DNA of 28,108 bases, taken from a virus (taxonomy: Duplodnaviria > Caudoviricetes). Location of the stretch: positions 1 through 28,108 of the IMG/VR virus record IMGVR_UViG_3300032373_000088; one strand, given 5' to 3'. The notes beneath the pieces are model-generated. The model saw only the letters and a list, made by a program, of their open reading frames with translations. It ran no database searches and was not told the origin of the DNA. Shown piece by piece: positions 7,615 to 16,808 of this stretch; within the stretch, counting starts at the first letter, position 1, and each line of letters starts with the position of its first letter. Position numbers and translations under genes: made by a program.

Positions 7615-7827
7615 ATGGCGACGTGTGAAGAAAATTTAATTGCAGCAAAAGCCGCGTTGCATGCGCTTATTTTGGGTGAGTCAATTGTTGAAACTACTAT
7701 TAATGGTCGTACTAGTAAATATACACCAGCGGATGAGCCAAGATTGCAGCGTTATGTTGCTCAGCTTGAAGGTGAGTGCGGTAATGCAGATAAAGCACAT
7801 GCAGGCCCTATTGGTTTTTTCGGGTAA
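7615..7827 (+). CDS. Head-tail joining protein, gpW family
   Basis: 70 aa between TerL and portal; ALHALILG..V..NGR..KYT.AD..RLQRYVAQLE pattern. Confidence 0.85.
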   Translation: MATCEENLIAAKAALHALILGESIVETTINGRTSKYTPADEPRLQRYVAQLEGECGNADKAHAGPIGFFG

Positions 7828-7831
7828 TTAA

Positions 7832-9400
7832 ATGAAGACTCAAATTAATGCGCCGTCACCGATTGTAGATGTTAGCGGTAAACCGTTTGCTAGTGCATCT
7901 GGTTTTCGTGCAGGTCAACATGGTAATGATATGTTGAGTTGGTCGCCATCTATACGTTCAGCCGATGCTGAGTTGTTGCCAGATATGAATACGATGGTCG
8001 CGCGCGGCCATGATTTGCATCGCAATAATTCTTTTATTGCAGGCAGTATTCAAATACACAAAGATAATACGATTGGCGCTGGTTTGCGTCTTTCGTCTAA
8101 GCCTGATTATCGTGTGTTGGGGCTTGATGCAGAATGGGCTTCTGAATGGTCGCGTGATGTTGAGGCGAAGTTTCGCAGTTATTGTGAAGATTCCGGTTGT
8201 TATGTTGATGCTAGTCGTCACGATAATTTGGGTGGTTTGCTGTTATTAGGTTACACCCAGTTTTTAACGACAGGCGAGATTGTTTCTACGTCAGAATGGT
8301 TACCTAATCGTGGTTGTTTATATTCAACCGCTATACAAATGATTGATCCCGCACGTTTATCTAATCCAGATAATTTAATGGATACCAATACGCTGCGTGG
8401 TGGCGTTGAAATGGATGATTTAGGTGCTGCTCATTCTTATCATTTTCGTAGTGCGCTACAAAGTGATGCTCGTTTTTCTGGTTCGGAAACGCATAAGTGG
8501 AAAAAGGTTTCCCGAGAAACAAAGTGGGGCCGTCAAAAAGTTCTGCATATTTTCGAGAAAGAACGCTCAGGGCAAAGCCGTGGTAAGTCTGGGTTAGCGT
8601 CAGTTATTGCGAGTGGTTTTAAGTTAGCGAAATTCAAAGATGCTAGTTTAGAATCAGCCATTATTAATTCAATGTATGCAGCGGTTATGCAAACCGATTT
8701 AGATTATGCGCGTGCCGCTGAAACATTGGGCGCTGAAGACATAACGGGTTATACCAAAAAAGTACTCGGTATGGGCAAGTCATATTATGGTGATAAAGCG
8801 GTAGAGGCAGGTGGTGCTAAAGTTTTGAAGTTAATGCCTGGTGATAGCTTTAATTTTACAACACCAGAACACCCAGGCCCTAACTTTGCAGATTTTGAAG
8901 GCTCGTTCCTACGGGAAATGGCGGCGGGTCAAAACATTACATACGAGCAATTTTCTCGCGACTATACCAAAACCAATTATGCTGGTGCGCGTGCTGGTTT
9001 GCAGGATGCGTGGAAGTTTTTTATATCTCGCCGTGAACGTGTTGGCGGTCGTCAGGCATCATTTGTTTTTGATCTTTGGTTAGAAGAGGCAATAGATAAA
9101 AGTACGGTTAAATTACCGCCTGGAGCGCCTGATTTTTATGAAGCAAAATCGGCTTATTGCCGTGCGCGTTGGATTGGCCCAGGCAAAGGCCCGATCGATC
9201 CGCTTAAGGAAGGGAAAGCAGATGAGCTTGAAATGGACATGGAGACATTGACGTATGAAGATGCCTGCGCTGCGCGTGGTAAAGACTGGGAAGAGCAGTT
9301 AGATCAGATTGCTCGTGAGAAGGAAGCTCGTGAAAAACGCGGCTTAACTCGATCTGATATACGTGGCTATATGACACCGGAGGCAACTGCAGTTGAGTAG
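7832..9400 (+). CDS. Portal protein, lambda gpB family
   Basis: RSADAELLP, DL.RNN, GQSRG, D.YTKTNY..AR, IDPLKE motifs; 522 aa. Confidence 0.95.
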   Translation: MKTQINAPSPIVDVSGKPFASASGFRAGQHGNDMLSWSPSIRSADAELLPDMNTMVARGHDLHRNNSFIAGSIQIHKDNTIGAGLRLSSKPDYRVLGLDAEWASEWSRDVEAKFRSYCEDSGCYVDASRHDNLGGLLLLGYTQFLTTGEIVSTSEWLPNRGCLYSTAIQMIDPARLSNPDNLMDTNTLRGGVEMDDLGAAHSYHFRSALQSDARFSGSETHKWKKVSRETKWGRQKVLHIFEKERSGQSRGKSGLASVIASGFKLAKFKDASLESAIINSMYAAVMQTDLDYARAAETLGAEDITGYTKKVLGMGKSYYGDKAVEAGGAKVLKLMPGDSFNFTTPEHPGPNFADFEGSFLREMAAGQNITYEQFSRDYTKTNYAGARAGLQDAWKFFISRRERVGGRQASFVFDLWLEEAIDKSTVKLPPGAPDFYEAKSAYCRARWIGPGKGPIDPLKEGKADELEMDMETLTYEDACAARGKDWEEQLDQIAREKEAREKRGLTRSDIRGYMTPEATAVE

Positions 9401-9578
9401 TAAAACAGATAAAAAAGCCCGTAAGGTTTTACGTGAAAAAATACAAGTAGACGGTAAAGATGTTGCGCTGCGCCTGCAAAGTTTAATTATAAAGTTTAGT
9501 TTATTTAAGCGGATTATTATTGCTAGTCGTATTTTACGTGGCAAGCCATTTTTAGGCAGCGGAAAGATTTATCGCTAA
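9393..9578 (+). CDS. Small basic hypothetical protein
   Basis: GGAGG at 9379-9383 then TTG 9393 overlapping the portal end; K/R-rich; followed by a terminator. Confidence 0.55.
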   Translation: MSSKTDKKARKVLREKIQVDGKDVALRLQSLIIKFSLFKRIIIASRILRGKPFLGSGKIYR

Positions 9579-9606
9579 GCGTTTATAAAATATTGGTATT
9601 TAAATT

Positions 9607-9631
9607 AAAAGGCGCTTATGGCGTCTTTTTT
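9607..9631 (+). terminator. Intrinsic terminator
   Basis: AAAAGGCGC-TTATG-GCGTCTTTTTT. Confidence 0.7.
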
Positions 9632-9645
9632 ATTGGAGTTAAACA

Positions 9646-10977
9646 ATGTACGAACTACTGGCGTCGGAGTTACATAACAAGGCGCACCTCGTTATGGCGA
9701 GTCGTTTAGACGCGATGTCTGCTTATGTGATGAGTCGTCAGGGCTTTGATATTCAAGTGCCAGAGCAGCCTAAGCCAATGGCCTTTGTTGCGTCTGATAC
9801 CGCAGTGTGGAGTGATAACGGTTACTACATCGATAACGGTGTGGCCATTATCGACATGATCGGCACCATGGTTCATCGTGCTGTTGGCATGCAGGCGATG
9901 TCTGGCGTTATTGGTTATACCAGAATATCGCAACGATTTAGACGTGCGCTTAAAGATCCAGAGGTAAAAGCTATTTTAATTAATGGTGATACACCTGGTG
10001 GTGCGGTGAGTGGCGCCTTTGATTTATCTGATTTAATTTTTTCGGCTCGAAATATAAAACCGGTTTACACCTTGGCGGCTGATTGTCTGTGTTCGGCTGG
10101 TATTTTAATTGGATCGAGTGCGCAAAAAGTTTATGCCACGCAAACCGGTCAGGTTGGGTCTATCGGTGTGGTGATGAAGCACATGGATATATCTAAATGG
10201 AATGCAAAAACGGGCATTAATACGACCTATATTTATGCGGGTGATCGAAAGATAGACGGCAATGCCGATGAGCCTTTAAGCAAAAAAGTTTTAGGTTTGT
10301 TTCAGGATGAAATTCAAAAGCTGTATGGCATGTTTGCCGGTGTAATGGAACGAAATACAGATTTAACAGAACAAGAAGTAATCGACACGCAAGCGGCTGT
10401 GTATCTGGGTGAAGATGCAGTTGATGTGGGTTTGGCTGTGGAAGTCACCACGGCAGAAAAATTACTGGAAGACATGAAAACAGAATTCGGTACGGCCAGC
10501 CCGTACTTAGTATCAACTACTCAAACAGGAGCGAAAGCGATGAGTGACGAAGTTAAGCCAGAAAAATTGGCGGGTAAATCGGGCGGCGATGATAAGAATG
10601 CCGATAAAGTTAATCGGGATGAAAATCTTAAAACTGATAAAGAGGTTGCTGTTATTTCAGAAAAAGATAAGTCGTCTTCATCTGCTAAATCAGAAACTCA
10701 GGCCGCTAATGATCGCTTCGCAACCATCATGCAAAGTGATGCGGCGAAAGGTCGCGGAAAAGCAGCGGTGCGTTTGGCTAAAACGGATATGAGCGCAGAT
10801 GATGTTATTGCCGTGCTTAGCGATTTGCCTGCTGAGGCAAGCGGCCCATCCAAATTAGATAAGGCAATGGAGGCTGGTGGCGGCTCTGGTCTTAGTGCGG
10901 ATAGCGGTGCTGCCGAGTTAACGGACGCGCAAAAAATACTCGGTGATTATCGCTCGGTTTGCGGGAAAACGTCCTAA
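9646..10977 (+). CDS. S49-family capsid maturation protease (lambda gpC-like) with C-terminal scaffold
   Basis: DTPGG, catalytic-Ser region CSAG, VGSIGV, YAGDRKIDGN motifs; low-complexity C-terminus. Confidence 0.92.
   Translation: MYELLASELHNKAHLVMASRLDAMSAYVMSRQGFDIQVPEQPKPMAFVASDTAVWSDNGYYIDNGVAIIDMIGTMVHRAVGMQAMSGVIGYTRISQRFRRALKDPEVKAILINGDTPGGAVSGAFDLSDLIFSARNIKPVYTLAADCLCSAGILIGSSAQKVYATQTGQVGSIGVVMKHMDISKWNAKTGINTTYIYAGDRKIDGNADEPLSKKVLGLFQDEIQKLYGMFAGVMERNTDLTEQEVIDTQAAVYLGEDAVDVGLAVEVTTAEKLLEDMKTEFGTASPYLVSTTQTGAKAMSDEVKPEKLAGKSGGDDKNADKVNRDENLKTDKEVAVISEKDKSSSSAKSETQAANDRFATIMQSDAAKGRGKAAVRLAKTDMSADDVIAVLSDLPAEASGPSKLDKAMEAGGGSGLSADSGAAELTDAQKILGDYRSVCGKTS
10540..10977 (+). CDS. 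Nested in-frame scaffolding protein (Nu3-like)
   Basis: AGGAG at 10527-10531 then in-frame ATG 10540; same arrangement as lambda C/Nu3. Confidence 0.7.
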   Translation: MSDEVKPEKLAGKSGGDDKNADKVNRDENLKTDKEVAVISEKDKSSSSAKSETQAANDRFATIMQSDAAKGRGKAAVRLAKTDMSADDVIAVLSDLPAEASGPSKLDKAMEAGGGSGLSADSGAAELTDAQKILGDYRSVCGKTS

Positions 10978-11049
10978 AGCCTTGTTTCAAATCTCGTAAA
11001 TCTCAGTTCTTACATTTCGTTTTTAATTATTTAAATCAGGAGTTACATC

Positions 11050-11409
11050 ATGGTTGCAGAATCAAGTGTGGAGACATACTCACCCGATAATTTAATTGCA
11101 GGTAGTACGCCTGCAATTGCTACCGAGCCCGCTACCTTAATTACGGGGCAAAACCTTGTTCGTGGCACAGTGGTAGGCCGTATTACGGCTAGTGGAAAAA
11201 TAACAGCGTGTAATAACGCTGCGGTAGATGGTAGTGAAGTGCCGGTTGGTATTGTGGTGCATGACGTTGATGCAACAGCAGCAGATAAAGATTGTCCGTT
11301 TTACAAGGCCGGTGCTTTCCGCAGTGCCGAAATGACCTGGCATGCCAGTTTTGATACGGCAGCCGAAAAGCTGGCGGCATTCGATGGTACGGCTATCGTT
11401 ATTGTTTAA
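11050..11409 (+). CDS. Head decoration protein, gpD family
   Basis: GQNLVRGTVVG, DGSEVPVGI, Y.AG.F....W motifs; between protease and capsid. Confidence 0.9.
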   Translation: MVAESSVETYSPDNLIAGSTPAIATEPATLITGQNLVRGTVVGRITASGKITACNNAAVDGSEVPVGIVVHDVDATAADKDCPFYKAGAFRSAEMTWHASFDTAAEKLAAFDGTAIVIV

Positions 11410-11480
11410 CGGTTTGTAAAAGCTTTTGTAATCAACAGTATTGTTGTTTTGCTTACTAAATAAATGAAGGAATTAATTTC

Positions 11481-12488
11481 ATGAACACATATGACACAAG
11501 TACGCTAATTGGCGTAATTAACGGCCTTGATCCGTTTGAAACTTTTTTACTTACCATGTTTTTCCCCGAAGTAATTACCTTTGAAACGTCAACTATTGAC
11601 TACGACGTTGTAGCGCCAAATTCAACACTTGCTCCATTTGTCTCGCCCTTAGTTGCAGGCAGGGCCGATACTTCAAACGGCTACAGTACGCGCAAATTTA
11701 AACCGGCCTATTTAAAGCCTAAGCATGTGGTTGATCCTGAAAAGGTGATTGCACGCAAGGCCGGTGAACAAATTGGTGGCGGGCTTTTTAATGGTGATCG
11801 ACGTAGGGCTATTATTGCGGATAACTTAAACGATGAGCGTGAATCAATTATTCGCCGCTTAGAGTGGATGTGTTCGCAAGTTCTCCGCACAGGTAAAACC
11901 GTTGTTTCAGGTGAAAACTACCCAACGGTAGAGGTGGATTTTCAACGCGCAGCGGGTAACACCATTACCTTAACAGGCACTAATGTATGGACAGATACGG
12001 CGAATGCAAAACCGCTGGATCAAATGGAAGCATGGAATGCACAGTCCGAGGCACCGATTACCGACTTCGTGATGGATGCGCTTTCATGGAAAAATCTGAT
12101 TAAGTTTCAGGAAGTGAAAGATCTGCTTGATACGCGCCGTGGTTCGGAAAGTTCTGTCGAGTTAGGGCCTGATAATGCCAAATGGGTATCTTACAAGGGC
12201 ATGCTGGGTTCGTTCCATATTTGGGTGTACACCGGTTACTACACGGATGATGCAGGCGCTAAGCAGTTGTATGTTCCTGATAACACCGTAATTGGTGCGT
12301 CTAGTGCGGTTGAAGGTGTGCGTGCCTTTGGTGCGATTTTAGACCCCGCTGCAGGTTATCAGGCTTTGGAAATGTTCCCTAAAAACTGGGTGAGTGATGA
12401 TCCTGCGGTTGAAAATACCATGACGCAATCTGCGCCATTAATGGTGCCGAAACGTCCGAATGCAACGATTGCGGTTAAAACGGCTTAA
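11481..12488 (+). CDS. Major capsid protein, lambda gpE family
   Basis: FLLTMFF, LAPFVSP, FKPAYLKPKH, RRLEWM, TQSAPL motifs. Confidence 0.95.
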   Translation: MNTYDTSTLIGVINGLDPFETFLLTMFFPEVITFETSTIDYDVVAPNSTLAPFVSPLVAGRADTSNGYSTRKFKPAYLKPKHVVDPEKVIARKAGEQIGGGLFNGDRRRAIIADNLNDERESIIRRLEWMCSQVLRTGKTVVSGENYPTVEVDFQRAAGNTITLTGTNVWTDTANAKPLDQMEAWNAQSEAPITDFVMDALSWKNLIKFQEVKDLLDTRRGSESSVELGPDNAKWVSYKGMLGSFHIWVYTGYYTDDAGAKQLYVPDNTVIGASSAVEGVRAFGAILDPAAGYQALEMFPKNWVSDDPAVENTMTQSAPLMVPKRPNATIAVKTA

Positions 12489-12563
12489 TTAAACTTAATT
12501 AGGTATTGATTTATTGTAGTGGCGGGGCTTACTCGGCTCGCCTTTAACGTGAGATTAAATGTC

Positions 12564-12956
12564 ATGGCAAAGATGAAAATTGTAAACACCTTAATGGTGG
12601 GTAAGGGTGCTGAACTTAAAACTATTGGTGAAGGTACCGAGGTAACGCACCTGGATAAAGAGTCGGCTAATAAGTGCGGTATAAAGGCAAAAGAGTTCGA
12701 CAGGCTGGTTAAGGACGGTGTGTTAGTTGAAAACGATGGAATGCACACTGCACCCGCAGTGGCGGAATCAAAGGAATTAACAGCAGCTACTTTTGTAGCG
12801 TTTACCAAAGCAATGGCTGAATTGCAGCCTGAAAACGAAAAACACTGGACGCAAGACAAAAAACCAGAAGTTGCGGTGCTTAAAGAGTTTGGTTGTGATG
12901 TGACAGCGGCAGAGCGTGATGAGTTATATGCGTTGTATGTGAAGAGTAATTTATAG
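12564..12956 (+). CDS. Capsid-associated/DNA packaging accessory protein (gpFI position)
   Basis: Directly after capsid; C-terminal HWTQDKKPEV..L...VTAAERD helical motif; ATG 12564 with GAG upstream (ORF track 12519). Confidence 0.6.
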   Translation: MAKMKIVNTLMVGKGAELKTIGEGTEVTHLDKESANKCGIKAKEFDRLVKDGVLVENDGMHTAPAVAESKELTAATFVAFTKAMAELQPENEKHWTQDKKPEVAVLKEFGCDVTAAERDELYALYVKSNL

Positions 12957-12971
12957 CTGTATAGGCAGATT

Positions 12972-13003
12972 AAAAAGAGCATCGATTATCGATGTTCTTT
13001 TTT
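12972..13003 (+). terminator. Intrinsic terminator closing the head module
   Basis: AAAAGAGCATCGAT-T-ATCGATGTTCTTTTTT. Confidence 0.85.
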
Positions 13004-13103
13004 GATTTTGTGCCAATATAGAAAAGTTAATTAAGATTTTTAAGTTTATTTTTCTATGTTGAATATTAGCCAGTGTTTGTTATGTAAAAACATGATGGGG
13101 TAA

Positions 13104-13469
13104 ATGGTAATGGTAGAAAGAAAATTTGGTCAAACTATATCTTTGTTGGACGCGGTTAATGTTGTTAGTGTTGAAGCTGGTCAGCCGGGTCACATGAACT
13201 CAAATTATCAGGCATTCTTAACTGGTTCTGGTGGAGCGTTGCATGCAAAAATTAATGTGGAGTTTACCGAGGAGTCTGATGATGTTTCAGATGAGGATGC
13301 ACACTGGGATAATCTAGCGGTTATCACATTGGATGTGGTTTCGTGGGGTTCTGTTGCTGATGATGCGGTTGATTCATTTTCACATCCATCAGGTGTTAAG
13401 CGCGTTCGTGGAAATGTTGTTGAGTTAACCGGTGCGGGTGCTGCTGTTACATTGTCAGTGGGGGTGTAG
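13104..13469 (+). CDS. Small beta-rich protein, putative virion fibre adaptor
   Basis: Beta-strand pattern ending RVRGNVVELTGAGAAVTL; first gene of the insert. Confidence 0.55.
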   Translation: MVMVERKFGQTISLLDAVNVVSVEAGQPGHMNSNYQAFLTGSGGALHAKINVEFTEESDDVSDEDAHWDNLAVITLDVVSWGSVADDAVDSFSHPSGVKRVRGNVVELTGAGAAVTLSVGV

Positions 13470-13471
13470 TC

Positions 13472-14095
13472 GTGATTGAAAAAAATCCTAATATGTTTCA
13501 TGATGGGGTCTTTGATGAGAACGGCAATCTATTAGCTTCTGTTACTCCACGAAGCGGTTTATTATCAGATTTATTACAAGTAACTAATGCTGGTAATGGT
13601 GAAGTCGCTGCTGCTACTGATGAAAACATGCTGGTTGTTTATAAGGGTAGCCCAGTAACAGCAGCAAGAGCTTTAAGTTTAAATGGTGCGTTGCTATCGT
13701 TACTGACAACGATTGGAGATGGTGGGACTGTTGTAGGAAATAATGAGTACTCTACATACACAATTCCAGCGTGGTTTTCGTACCATGATAAAATCGATGG
13801 GGCTTTGAAAATAGAGTTATCGCTTGCTTTTGAAATCGTCGGGTTAACAGCTTTGTCTACGCAAACATTTGATCTGGAATGGTATGATGGTTTGGTGTGG
13901 GTTTCTCTGAGTTCGATAAATGGTGCCGCTGATTCAAGCGGGTCATTGGTTTTCAATTCATTGTTAACAGGTACTTTATCTGGCGCAAATCTTGATGCTT
14001 TAAAAAAGTTAAGGCTACTACATAACAACGGCGGGGCGGCTGGTGGATTCAGGCTATCCGTGCTTACCTCGTTAAAAGCCAATATGACATTCTAA
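13472..14095 (+). CDS. Putative fibre/spike protein with Mtd-N-like motif and C-terminal beta-sandwich
   Basis: GEVAAATDENMLVVYKG resembles the GE...TD....G motif of phage fibre N-termini; tightly coupled to neighbours. Confidence 0.5.
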   Translation: MIEKNPNMFHDGVFDENGNLLASVTPRSGLLSDLLQVTNAGNGEVAAATDENMLVVYKGSPVTAARALSLNGALLSLLTTIGDGGTVVGNNEYSTYTIPAWFSYHDKIDGALKIELSLAFEIVGLTALSTQTFDLEWYDGLVWVSLSSINGAADSSGSLVFNSLLTGTLSGANLDALKKLRLLHNNGGAAGGFRLSVLTSLKANMTF

Positions 14096-15393
14096 TGGCT
14101 ATAATTAAATTTTCAGATGCAGCGTCTAAAGTTATAGGTAGAAGCATACAGTTTTTTGACTACACGGTAGAAGAAATTCCTGAAATACCTAACCCTAACG
14201 GGGGGAGCAGAACAGCGCTGGTATCTAATGGTATTGAGTATGATTTAGTAGCAGGTGTTGATGTAGGAATACTGGAACATGCGTCAGTTACGGTAAATGG
14301 GGTTGCAGACCCCGAAAATATATATATAAGAAGCTCTGATGAAACCATAGCTAAAATAGAAGGCAATAAGATAATTGCGCAAGGCGTATTTGATTCGCAG
14401 TACACGGACTTTTATATAGGTAGGAAAGGATACAGTGAGCGGAAATTTAGTCGTTTCTTTAGACCGGGTGGCGAGTTAGCTTTTTTAGATACTACTGGTC
14501 TAGTTGCTGGTTCTCTTAGTAGGCACGTAGATGATGCCGTTAAAGCAATGATTGGTTCACAGGTTCAGAGTAATTCTGTACAGAGGTATATAACAGCTAG
14601 TAACTGGAATATTGATAATCCCACAATGACATTGAATCCTGATATTTTTACAGGGGCTTTAGATTTTTCAGCAACATCAGTTATGCGTTCGAGAGGTAGT
14701 GACAATAGTTATACTCCAGATGAAAGGTATGCGCCTGCCTTAGTATCTAACCGGCACGCTATTGTTGCTCAGCATACATATTTGCAGGTTGGTGAATCTG
14801 TGTTATTTAGACTACCTAATGGTAGCTTCCAAAAAGTTGCGGTGGAAAATGTGTATCAGATTGCCGACTATATTGGGGGTGATATACAGTTAGTGTATTT
14901 TGATGCAGAGGTAGACGGAAGTATTGTTCCTTACGAAACAATGCCGCTTAACTGGCAAGCTGCCTACTGCCCAGAACTATACTCACCTAGTGTGATACAT
15001 ACATCGTTGCCCGTGATTAGAAAAGCAATGCACTCATCCATAGATAATGCATGGGGTGGGCACATTCTTGTTAATATGTATAAAAGACTGGCGACTGATG
15101 AGACTAAATTCGATATCGGAAGACATACGTACAATAGCAGCAACGATGTTCCAGAGGAGTGGGGTGAAGGCGTGGTTATAGGGGGCGATAGTGGCAGTCC
15201 TTCGTTCCTGTTAATAAATAATAAGCTAGTTCTTGTTGGGACTCAGTCTTCGGAGTTAAGTGCAGGATGTATTGACCATTTTACAATTGAAATTAATACT
15301 GCGATGAACGAAATAGCTAATATAAGTGATATAAATAAAGGTAGTTATGCGCTGCAGCATCCTGTGCTAACAGAGTTTAATAATTATTCATGA
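14095..15393 (+). CDS. Trypsin/chymotrypsin-fold serine protease with N-terminal Ig-like segment
   Basis: Ordered triad motifs LVSNRHAIVAQH (H227), DIQLVYF (D263), GGDSGSP (S366); SSDETIAKIEGNKIIA resembles Big_2; no signal peptide. Confidence 0.8.
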   Translation: MAIIKFSDAASKVIGRSIQFFDYTVEEIPEIPNPNGGSRTALVSNGIEYDLVAGVDVGILEHASVTVNGVADPENIYIRSSDETIAKIEGNKIIAQGVFDSQYTDFYIGRKGYSERKFSRFFRPGGELAFLDTTGLVAGSLSRHVDDAVKAMIGSQVQSNSVQRYITASNWNIDNPTMTLNPDIFTGALDFSATSVMRSRGSDNSYTPDERYAPALVSNRHAIVAQHTYLQVGESVLFRLPNGSFQKVAVENVYQIADYIGGDIQLVYFDAEVDGSIVPYETMPLNWQAAYCPELYSPSVIHTSLPVIRKAMHSSIDNAWGGHILVNMYKRLATDETKFDIGRHTYNSSNDVPEEWGEGVVIGGDSGSPSFLLINNKLVLVGTQSSELSAGCIDHFTIEINTAMNEIANISDINKGSYALQHPVLTEFNNYS

Positions 15394-15474
15394 AAGTTTT
15401 AATAATCAGGCGATCAAATAATTGAAAGCTTGTTATTTTATGGTCGTTGATTAGTTTAAGTAAAATAAAAAAAT

Positions 15475-15504
15475 AGAGGCAGCTTTTTAAGCTGTCTTTT
15501 TTTT
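15475..15504 (+). terminator. Intrinsic terminator after the insert
   Basis: AGGCAGCTT-TTT-AAGCTGTCTTTTTTTT. Confidence 0.8.
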
Positions 15505-15515
15505 GGGAAAAAATA

Positions 15516-15821
15516 ATGCCAAAAAAAGGTGATGATCTCGAATTAGCAACAGCGCTTGTGTCATTAGATCATCACGGTGTGGCTGTAAAAATAGGCGCTT
15601 CCATAAAGTCTGTTCGCGCAATTATTCATCGTGCAATTGACATGATAGATCCTGAGTCTGGCTTGTCTACTTATGGGAATGTGGTTGAGGTGTCGCGCGC
15701 TGATTTGCTAACGCATAAGCATGGTGATGCGTTAACGGTAGTTGCAACTGGTGAAGTGCTTAAGCTGCAAAAAACTATTAAAGATGACGGTTATATAAAG
15801 CAGATAGAGGTGACGCGATGA
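15516..15821 (+). CDS. Head-tail joining protein (gpFII-like)
   Basis: 101 aa beta-rich, HGDALTV...DDG motif, first tail-module gene. Confidence 0.6.
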   Translation: MPKKGDDLELATALVSLDHHGVAVKIGASIKSVRAIIHRAIDMIDPESGLSTYGNVVEVSRADLLTHKHGDALTVVATGEVLKLQKTIKDDGYIKQIEVTR

Positions 15822-16414
15822 TTCGTGATGAATTTAAAGACCTGGATGAACTGCGTAAAAAACATGAACCGCTTATTATTAATAAGGCGTTAAATAGCGC
15901 GATTAATAAAATAAAAAATAAAGCGCGGACGATTATCTCTAAGGGTGTTCGTCGAATTTACAATGTCAAGGCTGCGAAGCTTTCTCAGGCGTTAAATGAA
16001 ATAGTTAGGCAGCCAACCAAGGGAGCGGTTAAAGACGTTGTAGCGGAGCGCGTGCTTTCGTATACGGGGGGCAGGATATCGTTGATTAATTTTGGTGGTA
16101 AGCGGGTTCGTGTTAAAGGCAGTAAAAGAAGAGGTGTGTCGGTTCTCGTTAAAAAGTCATCAGGGCGAAAAATTGTAAAAGGTAAAGCGGGTCGTGGTGC
16201 TTTTATTGGCGTGGGTAATAATTTCAACGCACATATCTTTATGCGTGAAACAGAGAGTAGAAAACCCATCGTAAAGCTTTGGGGTTTATCGGTAGCTGAA
16301 ATGGTTGACACAACAAAGGTGCTTGATGAGGTGGATGTCTTCGTTGGTGCTGAGTTACCGAAGCAGCTGGATCATGCGTTGGATTATTTTTTAGATAAGG
16401 CGGGGGTTTTATGA
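15818..16414 (+). CDS. Minor tail/tail completion protein (lambda gpZ-like)
   Basis: Very basic; ALNSAINK, GVSVLVKK, AFI..HIFMR..RKPI..L.GLSVAEM motifs. Confidence 0.75.
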   Translation: MIRDEFKDLDELRKKHEPLIINKALNSAINKIKNKARTIISKGVRRIYNVKAAKLSQALNEIVRQPTKGAVKDVVAERVLSYTGGRISLINFGGKRVRVKGSKRRGVSVLVKKSSGRKIVKGKAGRGAFIGVGNNFNAHIFMRETESRKPIVKLWGLSVAEMVDTTKVLDEVDVFVGAELPKQLDHALDYFLDKAGVL

Positions 16415-16788
16415 TTCCCGCAATTATTGCAGAGCTTGATGCGGCGGATACCGGTTTTGTAACGGTTGATCATGCGTTAGATATGGAGCCAGTTGAAAAC
16501 CTCAGTGCAGATGTCCCGGCTATTTATGTATTAGAAGGCGTAAGTAAAGGCTTGGATGAGGATGGTGATAGTTGCGTTGATCAGGCTGAGGTTCGCAGTG
16601 TGGTTTCTTTTATTGTTTGCAAATGGGCTGATCTTGAGGGTTTGCGAAATCAAGCCAAATCTGTGCTGCGTGGATTCCAATTTAAACCAGAGCAGCGGCC
16701 ATTAAAATTTGCGTCGAGTAGAACAGTGCAAATTAAAGGTGAGTACATCTGGCGTGAAGATGTATATACAACCGTTGATTATAGTTAA
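16411..16788 (+). CDS. Tail terminator protein
   Basis: PAIYV and L.G..P...PL....IWREDVY pattern; position before tail tube. Confidence 0.65.
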   Translation: MIPAIIAELDAADTGFVTVDHALDMEPVENLSADVPAIYVLEGVSKGLDEDGDSCVDQAEVRSVVSFIVCKWADLEGLRNQAKSVLRGFQFKPEQRPLKFASSRTVQIKGEYIWREDVYTTVDYS

Positions 16789-16808
16789 CCAAAACAGAGG
16801 AAATTATT

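Noticed and set aside
12485-12982. 165-aa minus-strand ORF
   Set aside because: Antisense shadow of the + strand gene; no motifs or RBS
14095-15393. Protease as the capsid maturation enzyme
   Set aside because: A canonical S49 protease with scaffold is already encoded at 9646-10977
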